From Octopus bimaculoides (lineage: Eukaryota), in assembly GCF_001194135.2 (NCBI RefSeq), contig NC_069000.1, positions 13,959,206-13,994,349 of the forward strand: DNA of 35,144 bases. Direction: 5' to 3'. Of the stretch, positions 11,470-23,445 are shown piece by piece. Below the pieces are notes generated by a model that was given only the letters and a program-made list of their open reading frames with translations, was not told the origin of the DNA and ran no database searches. Position 1 is the first letter of the stretch; each line of letters starts with the position of its first letter. The translations under genes were made by a program, and so were the position numbers.

Positions 11470-11711
11470 CTGAAGAATGGGCTTCCAATTCAGTCCTGAG
11501 CTACTCATGTAAACCATGCCATTACGGGACACAGTGGCTGGAGAAGCATTATCAATATTATGTGGTTCAAATATGATCTTTGTATTCGGTGCCATTGGTA
11601 TACGATCTCCATTTGCCAATGTCAATGTCCGGTTGTCATCTAGGACCGAGTTAAGGTTCTCTATCCAAATAGCATCTACAGGTCCATCCAAAACAATCCA
11701 AATGTGTTCCC
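11470..11711 (-). CDS. DNAH5: Dynein HC exon E (242 nt; AAA2 [23 protein letters not shown]...SPATVSR)
   Basis: TGCAG acceptor, GTATAT donor; phase 1/0. Confidence 0.96.
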
Positions 11712-12804
11712 CTGCATTAAACAAACCAAGTACAGCACACTTTGTAAGCTGAGCATAAAGAATGAAGTACCGCATTTGAATCTAAATTTTTCAAAGGTTA
11801 CCAGTGCAAAAACCTGTTTATCAGTCATGGCTCACTGCCAAATAATACAATCAAAACATGTGGATACAAATTAAGGATTTTCCCTGTCGGCAAAAAATTG
11901 TCTTCTGTTATCCCTACAATGCAACCATTGTGCCTTTCCTGTGGGGACAAGAATATATGAGGTCCAGCTAATGGTGATATACTCCAAGTTAAATACTCAT
12001 GTTAGTTTCCAAAATGGTTAACCACATCTCATAAACTTTAAGCCTCCATGCTTCCTGCACCCTATAATTAATCATTATTTAACTATAACGATGTCAACAA
12101 TGAAATTTATCAAACCTGTTGGGTAATTCCTTCTCTTTTGTCTATAAGTCCTTGGCTCCTCTTAGGTACCATCTTCTACTAACTGACAAACCACAAATTT
12201 CAGCTGTCCAAAATATGAACTGCACTCCATATAACTCATTTTAATCTCTCTCAGCAACAATTTTAAATTTACTCTGAATTTTTTCTTCAGTTACTCTATC
12301 ATCTCTACTACTTTCTTACTGCCTTCCCACCACTAGCATCTAGTGAAGCAATGATGGACCATTTACAGTATTGGCCAATCAAAGACCATTTATCTTTAAG
12401 GATTAAAGCTGTCTACAATCAAGGCTGTCTCATCAGTTTATAAGACTCTGGGAAAATAAATGCATTGAGCTCCTTGTATTTATTTATTGATTGATTGTAA
12501 GCCACTGTATACATAGATGAGAATTAGGTTCCTACACACGTGGGACTCCTGGGTAACTTCCCAGTGAACCCATGCACTGTCTACAATACTTGCGAATGAG
12601 ATAGAATCTACAATACTAACCAATACGGAAGAAACAAAGATACAGGTCAATAAGGAAGTGTCTATGATACTAGAAATTGAAGGAGGTGAAAAGAAATAAC
12701 ATGGTCATCCTCATTTCTAGAATTAATAGCCACACCTCCTTCAAATCATTTTAAAATTCTTGCTATATTTCCCAATAAAAAATTAAATACTGTGAATGAC
12801 ATAC

Positions 12805-13051
12805 CTTTCTTTGCTTTCAGGGTCCTTCTCCAAAGAGTTGAAAATATCCCATCAGTCCAGTCATTAGTTGCTACATCAAGTTTGCCAAACATCTGTGCTG
12901 AAGTAATGGCTTTAGGATTCATCCTCATTTCTTTATGCACTTTCCCACATTCTGTCATTGCTTTCATTAGTGTATGAATACAACATGTCTTCCCTGAGCC
13001 ACTTGGGCCTAAAGTCATCATTCCATGCCGTACTAGTTGTGTCTCATACAA
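12805..13051 (-). CDS. DNAH5: Dynein HC exon D (247 nt; AAA2 Walker A GPSGSGKT)
   Basis: TTTTCAG acceptor, GTATGT donor; [22 protein letters not shown]...WRRTLKAKK|G. Confidence 0.96.
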
Positions 13052-13316
13052 CTGAAAAATAATTTACAATTCAGGGTTACACATGCAATATCATTCTGAA
13101 GTACATTTAAATATGCTTCAAGAACAAATGCACACACAAAGATATCAAATAAGCTTGCTAGGGTACACAGGGTTTGTGTTGTTCTCAAAAGCAAACTTAT
13201 TACCTGTACAATACAATCACTAAGGCCTTGTTCAGCTGTGTGACAAATAGCAAAAAATATTATTGAGTACACCAAGGGACTGGGCAGTGGTAGGATATTC
13301 ATATAGGTTTTACAGT

Positions 13317-13540
13317 GAATGCTCAGAGGATTGTCAATGCAGCACTGAAGCCATGGTCTACAAAGTAGAGGTGGTGTTGTCCAACAACAACAGTGTGACA
13401 CACATACAGAAATATGTCAGGGTAATGGAGAGTCCCTTTCAGGCCAGGCTGAATAATCACAGATACTTTTTTTTTTAATCCATGAGAGACACAGTTAGCT
13501 AGCTGTATATGGTTTATGGCAATTAACAGAGTAAATAGTG
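13317..13540 (+). mobile_element. Penelope-like GIY-YIG remnant
   Basis: ECSEDCQCSTEAMVYKVEV...QKYVRVMESPFQARLNNHR, followed by a HERHS*LAVYGLWQL-like frame. Confidence 0.6.
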
Positions 13541-13544
13541 CAAG

Positions 13545-13860
13545 TCTTGAAGAGTGCAGTCCGATTTTAACAGTTATTTTCTCAAATGTATAATGGAAAT
13601 GACAAAGGATCATTTCTGACATATTTTGCTTTATGAGTCCCATAAAGACAGCAACGCAATAGAAAATGTGATGAATATTAATGCAGTACATGGGGATCAG
13701 ACAATAAGAATAAAACAGTGCCAACGATGGTTCCAGAAAGTCTGAGCTGGAAACTACAGCCTAGAAGGTGAGCCTCATCCTGGAAGATCTGTAGAGCTCG
13801 ACAAGGATGTCCTGCAAACCCAGGTGGAACAAAATCCCATTGAGGAAATTGTTAGAACAA
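13545..13860 (+). mobile_element. Mariner transposase N-terminal pseudogene fragment
   Basis: From 13593: MEMTKDHF*HILLYESHKDSNAIENVMNINAVHGDQTIRIKQCQRWFQKV*AGNYSLEGEPHPGRSVELDKDVLQTQVEQNP; mariner HTH motifs RWF and L.DEPR.GR; two stops. Confidence 0.85.
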
Positions 13861-13955
13861 CCTGAATGGAGTTGCCATTGATGAATTGACTGGACACCAT
13901 TTGTAAAATTCATGTCACTCAACATCCTGAGTTATTTCTCTTCGCTAATTTTCAT

Positions 13956-14428
13956 NNNNNNNNNNNNNNNNNNNNNNNNNNNNNNNNNNNNNNNNNNNNN
14001 NNNNNNNNNNNNNNNNNNNNNNNNNNNNNNNNNNNNNNNNNNNNNNNNNNNNNNNNNNNNNNNNNNNNNNNNNNNNNNNNNNNNNNNNNNNNNNNNNNNN
14101 NNNNNNNNNNNNNNNNNNNNNNNNNNNNNNNNNNNNNNNNNNNNNNNNNNNNNNNNNNNNNNNNNNNNNNNNNNNNNNNNNNNNNNNNNNNNNNNNNNNN
14201 NNNNNNNNNNNNNNNNNNNNNNNNNNNNNNNNNNNNNNNNNNNNNNNNNNNNNNNNNNNNNNNNNNNNNNNNNNNNNNNNNNNNNNNNNNNNNNNNNNNN
14301 NNNNNNNNNNNNNNNNNNNNNNNNNNNNNNNNNNNNNNNNNNNNNNNNNNNNNNNNNNNNNNNNNNNNNNNNNNNNNNNNNNNNNNNNNNNNNNNNNNNN
14401 NNNNNNNNNNNNNNNNNNNNNNNNNNNN
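13956..14428. other. Assembly gap
   Basis: N run. Confidence 1.
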
Positions 14429-14637
14429 ATTACAGGCACAACAGAAACAGGAAGTAAGAGTGAGAGAAAGTTGTGATGAAAGAGTACAGCAGGGTTCGCC
14501 ACCATCCCCTGCCGGAGCCTCGTGGAGCTTTAGGTGTTTTCGCTCAATAAACACTCACAACACCCGGTCTGGGAATCGAAACCGCGATTCTATGACCACG
14601 AGTCCGCTGCCCTAACCACTGGGCCATTGCGCCTCCA

Positions 14638-14638
<1 letters not shown>
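14429..14638 (-). mobile_element. SINE family C, 5' part with tRNA-like head (cut by gap)
   Basis: Reverse complement is near-identical to 33492-33700; A-box tggcccagtgg, B-box ggtttcgattccc. Confidence 0.88.
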
Positions 14639-14673
<35 letters not shown>

Positions 14674-14789
14674 ATATTCATAATTGTTCTAAGTTATCTT
14701 ATAAGTAATTTACTGGTTAATGATAAACCTGTCCAATGAGTACCAAGGACTAATTAACCTTTCCAGAAAAAGAACAAAATTTGACTCAC

Positions 14790-15086
14790 CTGGATAACTT
14801 TCAGAATCCATGAAGGATGTTGAACAAGACAGTTTTCATTAATATGCTTGTCAATAGCATCTTCCAACATTGCATACTTTTGTTTACTAAGAATTATTCC
14901 AGGGAAAAGATCATTTATAAGTGATAAAAACAGAGGTTCGTCTTGGTCCACTAGCTTTGACAGGTTCATATCTCTAAGAACACTCATCACAATTGTATGT
15001 TCTGTCTCTTCAGGTGAAGCTCTTTTCTTTGCTCCGAGTGTGCGGAGTACAGATAAAATGTTCCGTAATCCAAAATCATAATGAAC
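14790..15086 (-). CDS. DNAH5: Dynein HC exon C (297 nt; [13 protein letters not shown]...[10 protein letters not shown])
   Basis: TTTATGCAG acceptor, GTGAGT donor; 99 codons. Confidence 0.95.
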
Positions 15087-15112
15087 CTGCATAAACAGAT
15101 ATACATAATATA

Positions 15113-15150
<38 letters not shown>

Positions 15151-15339
15151 TGATTTTCTTGGAGAATTTATGGTGGTAACAGTGTTTTTTGGCATCTATT
15201 TCTCAGTGTGTGGTGAGGCACAAGCCAAGCCCTTATTATGATTAAGTATATAATTATAAAATTTACCTGTGTTTTACCTCCATGCTGACCACTTGGTAAA
15301 AATCATTAATGATTTTTACCCTTTATTATTATTATATAC

Positions 15340-15371
<32 letters not shown>

Positions 15372-15951
15372 NNNNNNNNNNNNNNNNNNNNNNNNNNNNN
15401 NNNNNNNNNNNNNNNNNNNNNNNNNNNNNNNNNNNNNNNNNNNNNNNNNNNNNNNNNNNNNNNNNNNNNNNNNNNNNNNNNNNNNNNNNNNNNNNNNNNN
15501 NNNNNNNNNNNNNNNNNNNNNNNNNNNNNNNNNNNNNNNNNNNNNNNNNNNNNNNNNNNNNNNNNNNNNNNNNNNNNNNNNNNNNNNNNNNNNNNNNNNN
15601 NNNNNNNNNNNNNNNNNNNNNNNNNNNNNNNNNNNNNNNNNNNNNNNNNNNNNNNNNNNNNNNNNNNNNNNNNNNNNNNNNNNNNNNNNNNNNNNNNNNN
15701 NNNNNNNNNNNNNNNNNNNNNNNNNNNNNNNNNNNNNNNNNNNNNNNNNNNNNNNNNNNNNNNNNNNNNNNNNNNNNNNNNNNNNNNNNNNNNNNNNNNN
15801 NNNNNNNNNNNNNNNNNNNNNNNNNNNNNNNNNNNNNNNNNNNNNNNNNNNNNNNNNNNNNNNNNNNNNNNNNNNNNNNNNNNNNNNNNNNNNNNNNNNN
15901 NNNNNNNNNNNNNNNNNNNNNNNNNNNNNNNNNNNNNNNNNNNNNNNNNNN
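15372..15951. other. Assembly gap
   Basis: N run. Confidence 1.
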
Positions 15952-16153
15952 TACTAAGAATTATTCCAGGGAAAAGATCATTTATAAGTGATAAAAACAG
16001 AGGTTCGTCTTGGTCCACTAGCTTTGACAGGTTCATATCTCTAAGAACACTCATCACAATTGTATGTTCTGTCTCTTCAGGTGAAGCTCTTTTCTTTGCT
16101 CCGAGTGTGCGGAGTACAGATAAAATGTTCCGTAATCCAAAATCATAATGAAC
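15952..16153 (-). CDS. DNAH5: Second, gap-truncated identical copy of the 5' part of dynein exon C
   Basis: 15952-16186 is identical to 14885-15119, including the TGCAG acceptor; starts at a gap edge; probably an assembly duplicate. Confidence 0.5.
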
Positions 16154-16186
16154 CTGCATAAACAGATATACATAATATAAACAATA

Positions 16187-16640
16187 GGCTTCTTTCAATT
16201 TCCGCTTATCAAATCCACTCACAAGGCTTTGGTTGACCCGACGCTATAGTAGAAGACACTTGCCCAAGGTGCCACACAGTGTGATTGAGCCTGAAACCAT
16301 GTGGTTGGGAAGCAAGCTTCTTACCACACAGCTACACCTGAGCAAGTTTCTTCTACTATAGCGTCAGGCCAACCAAAGCCTTGTGGGTGGACTTGGTAGA
16401 CGAAAATGAAAGAAGCCCATCATATATATACATACATGGGTGTGTCTTTGTTCCTCGCAATCATTTGACAACTGGTGTTGATGGGCTTACATCCCCATAA
16501 CCTTGCAGTTCAGCAAAAGAGAACCAACAGAATAAGTTCCAGGCTTTAAAAGAAAAGTATTAGGGCTAATTCATTCATCTACAAATTCCTCTAGTGTGGT
16601 GCCCCAGCATGGCCACAGTCAGATAACTAAAACAAATAAA

Positions 16641-16641
<1 letters not shown>
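16187..16641. mobile_element. Head-to-head SINE family A pair (16187-16340 minus; 16341-16641 plus)
   Basis: Both match 31704-32097; they form an inverted repeat, 16187-16263 versus 16342-16417. Confidence 0.85.
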
Positions 16642-16693
<52 letters not shown>

Positions 16694-17171
16694 CACACAC
16701 ATAGAGGCTTACAGAATTTTATTTGTACTCAAGAGTACACACTTGTCATGAGCCATTAAAATGCCAATGGTACCATTATAAATCTTACTAGTATTTACGT
16801 GTTGAAAAAAAATATATCTGTCTACTTGTACTACAATACATTTCAGCACTTTAAAAACAAACTTATGTTTGTTTATATATGACGTAATTTCTATACCATC
16901 TAGTATTTCTAGATGAGTTTAGAAATTCGAAATTGCAGAAGAATTTGTCAGTAAAGTAGTTTAGCTTAAATGGTAAAGCACTTTGACTGGAAAATGAAGG
17001 GATGTGAGTTTGAGTCTCATGGCTGGTTGCTGACAGATCTTTTTTGCTCTGTAAGGATTTTATCCTATATATGCTGTTTTATCAGTACTTATGCACTGGA
17101 AAAATGTATCTTTCTACAATACATTTCAGCACTTCAAAAACAAACTTGTTTGCTTACATATCACGTAATAT

Positions 17172-17388
17172 ATATGTTTGTGTGTCTGTGTTTGTCCCCG
17201 CCACCATTGCTTGACAACTGATGCTGGTGTGTTTACATCCCCATAACCTAGTGGTTCGGCAAAAGAGTCTGATAGAATAAGTACTAGGCTTACAAAGAAT
17301 AAGTTCTGGGGTCAATTTGTTCAACTAAAAGGTGGTGCTCCAGCATGGCTGCAGTCAAATGACCGAAACAAATAAAAGAGTAAAAGAG
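17172..17388 (+). mobile_element. SINE family A, 3' half
   Basis: Matches 765-976; tail taaaagagtaaaagag. Confidence 0.88.
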
Positions 17389-17689
17389 GTTATCCATTAT
17401 TTTCATCTAATGCCGACTCAACTGTGTACGTTGGTTTAATATCAGCACGGCCAGCTTTTGCCCATATCAGGTGAATGATTTGTTCACTGATTTCTGTGTC
17501 AGAATGAATATTTTTCAGCTTAGCTCAAAATGTCCTGGTGTGTTCATCACTGAAGAAACCAAATGAGGTTCAGATACCATGTCTGATGATCTGCCTATGA
17601 CATTCTGAGTGAGGTTTATTTTTTAGCACATAAGTCTCTTTAAGAAAATTTCTCAGCAACAAAATTTCACATCTACGTTTGTATACAAA

Positions 17690-18737
17690 TGTAATACTTC
17701 GACCGTGCGAACCAAAGGAGATGGCGACATAGACGGGAAAAGGCTCCTTTTTACCACGTCACACGGTCGAACACAAAAATAAAGATATATATAATAAAAG
17801 AAGGCTCCTCGTAAGAGAATACGAGCCATAGTGCCAGTAATAAGAACTTAGGACAACTCAACCGTTAGATATATAATGAGAATAAATTTATTAACAAAGT
17901 GAAACTGTTTGTGTCTGTGTGTGCGTGCATGCGACATATAAAATTAACACAGTAGATAAATCAGGCCTTTTGATACAAGAGAAGCTATACAACAATGTGA
18001 AGTGACGGACAGTCGTATAAACAATAGTGTGTGTACAATATGTGAGTGTACAAGTGTGTGNNNNNNNNNNNNNNNNNNNNNNNNNNNNNNNNNNNNNNNN
18101 NNNNNNNNNNNNNNNNNNNNNNNNNNNNNNNNNNNNNNNNNNNNNNNNNNNNNNNNNNNNNNNNNNNNNNNNNNNNNNNNNNNNNNNNNNNNNNNNNNNN
18201 NNNNNNNNNNNNNNNNNNNNNNNNNNNNNNNNNNNNNNNNNNNNNNNNNNNNNNNNNNNNNNNNNNNNNNNNNNNNNNNNNNNNNNNNNNNACAGTGAAG
18301 ATAAAACCGAGTGTGTTGATATTGGTGTGTCCCTGGTGGTGGGGTTGCTGGCGCACGACATTGTGGTAGACAGTACATTGGGGGTGAAGATGTCGGCGCT
18401 GGAACTGGCTGTAGCTGTGTTCTGTATGTGTGTGGTCAACGACCAGACCTGTGAGAGATCTAGAATCGAAGACGATTGCCGTCGTTGGATCGGGCTTATT
18501 TATAGACGAAAAAGGGCTCACCAGAAACCCAGTAAAACTCTCTATCACGTGACTTTATCTGAAGCCGTCGATTGGACGTAATGCCTCCTAAGCAAGCAGA
18601 ACATGGGGACAAATTGCCGCGCAAATAAGAACCAATCAGGATGTTGGACACAGAAAGGTCCAAGGCAGCCGAAGACTAGATGTTATCAGCTCCGTTATCA
18701 TTTGTGATTGAATGCCCGAGAGAGAGGTTTCACTACA
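17690..18737 (-). mobile_element. Solo LTR (Gypsy-like), contains a gap
   Basis: TGTAATA...CACTACA termini (TG..CA), 4-bp CAAA target duplication (17686-89 and 18738-41), TATAAATA on the minus strand near 18500, GC-richer than its flanks. Confidence 0.65.
18061..18291. other. Assembly gap
   Basis: N run. Confidence 1.
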
Positions 18738-18851
18738 CAAATTTTAAACGTTATTGCTTCTGTGCTGGGATAGACATGTTTTATAACATGTTATAGACGT
18801 TATGCAAATTACTATTTTAATCTAATTTTTTAATCTAATCAAGCGCATATA

Positions 18852-19212
18852 CAAGATGATATCAAAAGTTCCCAGACTGGTTTTGCTTAATAAAAAATAA
18901 CTTATTTACCTAAATTTTAACGCCATCTCCTTCAAAATTCTCACCTTGCACAGTAATACATCAGACCCCGTATTCCTGCCACTTTTGGAATCTGGCTTAG
19001 AAGTCATTTTCTGTAAGCAAGTCAAGAACCTTTTATGATTCGCTCTTGATTTTGACAACAGTGTAAAAATGGTGACCTTACACCTGCATTTTCATCTTGG
19101 AGAAGAGAGGGAAGTCCGCAGGTACTAAATTTGGTGACTGTGCACGCAACCGTGTGCTGCCATCTGTTGGCGCGCTACAAAACTAGTCCGGGAACTTTTT
19201 GGTACCACCTCA
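18852..19212 (-). mobile_element. Internally deleted mariner element
   Basis: TA|CAAGATGATATCAAAAGTTCCCAGACT ... AGTCCGGGAACTTTTTGGTACCACCTCA|TA imperfect TIRs; minus strand encodes CITVQGENFEGD, a mariner C-terminus. Confidence 0.8.
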
Positions 19213-19921
19213 TATCTGTGTATGTGTGCGTGTGTAGGAGTATTGGGAAGAAACTCATGAGACAAAAGCATACTGGACAAAAAAACAAATTGATTAAAAA
19301 TATGTTTCTCAAAGAACAAATGGAATAGTAATCGAAATTTAATGTTTTTCGAAAGAAATGGGTACAAAAGTTATGAAAAATATATTATATAGATGCTTGA
19401 ATTAAGTATCACAATGTTTTAACGTTCTAAGATTTTAAAAATTACTTGAGAGAGAGATCAGAATTAATAGTTTATGTATAATCTACACAGTTTTACATCG
19501 GGGCATGCAGAATATTTTATTAAACCTTAAAATATAAACATTAACATAATAAAATTGTTAGTGCCCTTTTAGAAAGATATACTGGACACACAATAATTAA
19601 CTGAGGTCGACTACTTAAGTATCAGTCAAGTACATATGTCCCTCGAATTATTTTGGTCGTGTGCCTTCATTAAATAACTATTAGTAGACTGATGAGTGAC
19701 GACTTACTAAACTCACTTAGTGTTGAACAAAACAGTCCAGTCACCTTTGCTGCCATAGTCTACTTTGCTTGTAGTCCTTCATGGTTTCATAAAACGAATA
19801 ACAATTAAATTATCATGTAGATCTAATTAACAATACTGAACTCATAATGTTTATGGTCACTTGCCTATATTAGCAAGAGTTACTGGCATTACTACAGGTA
19901 TGTATCACCACCATCTTTTTC

Positions 19922-20985
19922 CATCTTCGATTTTGTTTCTTCATAACTTTCTGAAAAATGGATATCTTTTAATAAAATTCTCAGTACATTTCAGATGGTA
20001 TAGGGCTTTCCTATAAGGTGTTATCCACCCCTAATTGGAACTCTCCCGTATGACATGTACGCATGCTCAGTGACTTGCTTTAACAGTTGCAATCAGCTGA
20101 ATGCACATTGCCAGTGACATTTAACATAATTACCCACACTCTGTGGTCAGGATTCTTTTTTTGGTTTGATGTCGGTATCGAAGGGATTACCAGACACCGG
20201 ACAATACAGTGAGAGCAGCTTTCACTCACATCGTGGTATTCGACGCTGTGTACGTGTCTGTCGTGGTAAAATATGTCACTCCTTAACTGTTGCTTTGATT
20301 TCATCCGTAGCACGAGGTAATTATGTCATTATCTGTGAAATTCGGCAACTTACAAAGATCTTTAGATCAGGCAATACTTCACCGAGAGCAGATATAAGCT
20401 CCTGCTTATTCCTGTCTGAAGTATCGTCCGATACTTCAGACTTATCGTCCGATGAATTTACTTTGTTGACATTCTTCATCGACAAAATTTTTATTCCTTT
20501 CAACCTTTCAGTCAAGTCCGCCTTTCTTCCAGTAACATACTGTCCATATAATCTTAAATATTCCTTTAACTCAGGCACAGTAAGTACTTCGATAGCTGAA
20601 TCATCAAGCTGCTTTATATCCATGATAAGACGTAAAACAATAACAATGGCGTGGGTTAGCCTCCGGAAGTTTAATTATCTACATGGAGCGCCGCCTAGCC
20701 AAGGGAGATAACCTACTTATAGGAAACCCCTATAGATAGCAATCATGCTGAAGTTTGATGTGGAAAAAAGAAAAGAAAAGAAAATTTGGAGTTGAAGATA
20801 ATTCTCACACTTCATCAAAACGTATGAGTAACCAAAATTGAAAAACTATCCAGTATCAACTCAAATTTTGTTTCTACATCAAATTCCAACATAATGGTAA
20901 GCTACACCATCTGAGATGTATTTTGATGAAATTTTACTTTAAAATATCCAAGTTTCAGAAAGTTATGAGGAAACAGATTGAGGTG
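19922..20985. mobile_element. Foldback (long inverted repeat) element interrupted by the 20002-20731 insertion
   Basis: 19922-20001 plus 20732-20770 is the reverse complement of ~20868-20985; a related arm lies at ~22505-22610. Confidence 0.65.
20002..20731 (-). mobile_element. Deleted DNA transposon with a SAP-domain/SWIM-like pseudo-ORF (ISL2EU- or Kolobok-like)
   Basis: TIR AGGGCTTTCCTATAAG versus AGGGGTTTCCTATAAG (15/16); TATA on both sides; LTVPELKEYLRLYGQYVTGRKADLTERLKG is a SAP motif; a second frame ends HRVWVIMLNVTGNVHSADCNC. Confidence 0.7.
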
Positions 20986-21637
20986 TGGGAATTTTCTGGA
21001 ATACGCCTCCTCTTTCCAGAAACATTTTTCACTACTATATTTCAATATAACCCTGTTTTCCATGATCTAAAATAAATCTCTAAAAATTTTCACAAAAAAA
21101 TGATACATTTTTCAGAGTTACAAAGAAACAAATTCAAGGGGAGGGAGTACATATCTGTAGTTATGCCAAGTTATCTTTGCTACACGAATGAAAGGGGAAT
21201 GAAATTGGAACATCCAAATGTTTGTGCTGTGTCGAACATTATACGTAGCAAGTATACACACACACACAAACGAACAAAACAATCGAAGAAATACAGACAA
21301 CAACGTCATAGTAGCACTTGAAACAGCTTGTAACGACAATTAACCATTGTTTTCATGTATATTAAGTGGAGACAGACTAAGAAGGTATAACATTAGATAA
21401 ACAGATATTTGAAGGACAGAAAACAGAAAAATTGTAACAATACATATTCAGAATCTTATCCATATCGCAATTCATGCCATTTTTCTAACATGTTACATTC
21501 TAATTCTCTTTTGAATCTTTTATTGGTTTAACGAGTGTAGGACAAAAGCCACTTGGACAAAACCTCCAAAGTTAAAGTGTGAAAGTGAACAAAAGCCCCA
21601 CGGTTATATTTTTCGATTATTTTTCTCGTTCTTTTTT

Positions 21638-21915
21638 CTTACCTTTCAGTCGTTAGACTGAGGCCATGTTTGGGCACCGCCTTGAAGAATTTTTAGTTGA
21701 ACGTATTGACCCCAGAATTTTTTTTCTTTCTTTTTTACTTGTTGCAGTTATTAAGACCATATCCATGCTGGGGCACCACCTTGAAGAATTTTTAGCCGAA
21801 TGTATCGATGCTAGAATGTTTTACATTTTTACTTGTTGCAGTTATTAGACTGCGACCATGCTGGGGCACCATCTTGAAGAATTTTTAGTCGAGTGTAACG
21901 ACCCCAGAATTTTTT
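21638..21915 (-). repeat. Three tandem ~95-bp copies of the SINE A 3' tail
   Basis: tacttgttgcagttattagactg..ccatgctggggcaccaccttgaagaatttttag recurs at ~21638, ~21735 and ~21828. Confidence 0.8.
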
Positions 21916-22918
21916 TTTATGATTTTCAACCAGCGCATGAAGTTAAGCCTAGAAGGTATCTCCACATGCTAGAAAATAACAGCCAAATCTCTTGAAGTTT
22001 TTTATACCCCCCCCCCCTCCTCGGTTTAAGACACATGCCAAAGGTGCAACTCAGTGGGATTGAACCTGGAACCGTGTGGTTGGGAAGCAAACTTACTACA
22101 CAGCCTCGTCTGCGGGAGAGGCGAATATTTTATGCGTCTCGACTTTATTTCCTAGTTTTGATGATTTAATTACAATTATATCGAAAAAAATGAAAACTTT
22201 TGAGATCCACACAATGCCTACTTATTTCTAGCATACATAAAGACCACGTTAGGAGGCGGGAACACCTTTGAGTTTGTTTAAAAGAGAGAGATTAAGACAC
22301 CGATAAAATAATGAAAGAAATATACATTCATTAATTACTGTTTAACATTGAACTTCCCTTCCTACTAAGAATTCTTTCGGAGAATTTTCGGAAAGCGTGC
22401 ATTATTCCTCGAAAGTAATTATTTTTCAACGTAATTGTAATGAAATTATGAGGGAAACAAAGTCGGGATGTTTGAAATATTCTCCTTCCCATTTCCTTCC
22501 CCCACCCCACATTAAATTCCAAGCTACACCATCTGAAAGGTATCTGTAGAAAATGGTTTTAAAAAACAGCCATTTTTCTCAAAGTTATAAGGAGACAAAA
22601 CAGAGATGTTATGCCCAGTTGACAAATTATAACCAGTTTTCCTATTCGGCTTTCTATTTGTTCAACAACAAACATTAAACGATGCTGAAATCAACATAAT
22701 TTCATTGATGTTGGATTAAACTTATAGTTTGAAGGTGATTACGTGACTCCTGTTCTCTTGTCATTCACGAATGAATATTACGCACCGTGCTCGTCTAACT
22801 TTAGAGTCTAAAGCATGTTAAGTTCTAACACCTACTTATTAGTATCACCGTCTATTCGAAATCATACAATATTTATAGAGATTAACAAGTCTAAGAGAAA
22901 TATAACACAGTATCTTAC

Positions 22919-23113
22919 CTGTTTAGTAAGCTGTTCTTCGCACAGCTTATATAATGTGAAGAACTTACATGCCAAATTAATATTATTTATGAAACCAGCA
23001 CTGGCTAACTTTACACGAATAATAATCTGCCGGTCTGGAACCATCATGGCAACAGTTCTAAAGTTAATCTTTAAGTTTTCAGGTAATTCTTGTCGCCCAG
23101 CATAGCCTGGATT
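22919..23113 (-). CDS. DNAH5: Dynein HC exon B (195 nt; [15 protein letters not shown]...LCEEQLTKQ)
   Basis: Poly-T CAG acceptor, GTAAGA donor; 65 codons, phase 0/0. Confidence 0.96.
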
Positions 23114-23224
23114 CTGAAAAAAAAAAAAAAAATCAAGAATATTCTTAAAGTAATTTTTGTCTATCAACCTTAAGACAGAAAATTATGTGTTTCTATATTT
23201 TTGTTATATCCACAAGCGATAATT

Positions 23225-23445
23225 TAATCATTTTAAATTTTGGCACAAGGTCTGTGATCTCGGGGGAGGGGGCAGGTCGATTACTTCGATTACAGAGTTG
23301 AACTGATACTTATTTCGTCGACCCCGAAAAAGCAAATGAAAGGCAAAGTCGATCTTGGCGAAATTTGAACCCAGAACGTCAGAAAGGACGAAGTGCCGCT
23401 AAGCATTTTGCCCGGTGTGCTAATGACTCTACCAGCTCTTTGCCT
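23225..23445 (-). mobile_element. SINE family B
   Basis: gtacttatttcgtcgaccccgaaa...gaaaggcaaagtcga core. Confidence 0.8.

Noticed and set aside
21638-21915. CRISPR-like or other repeat-spacer array
   Set aside because: Eukaryotic context; the units are diverged SINE tails without unique spacers.
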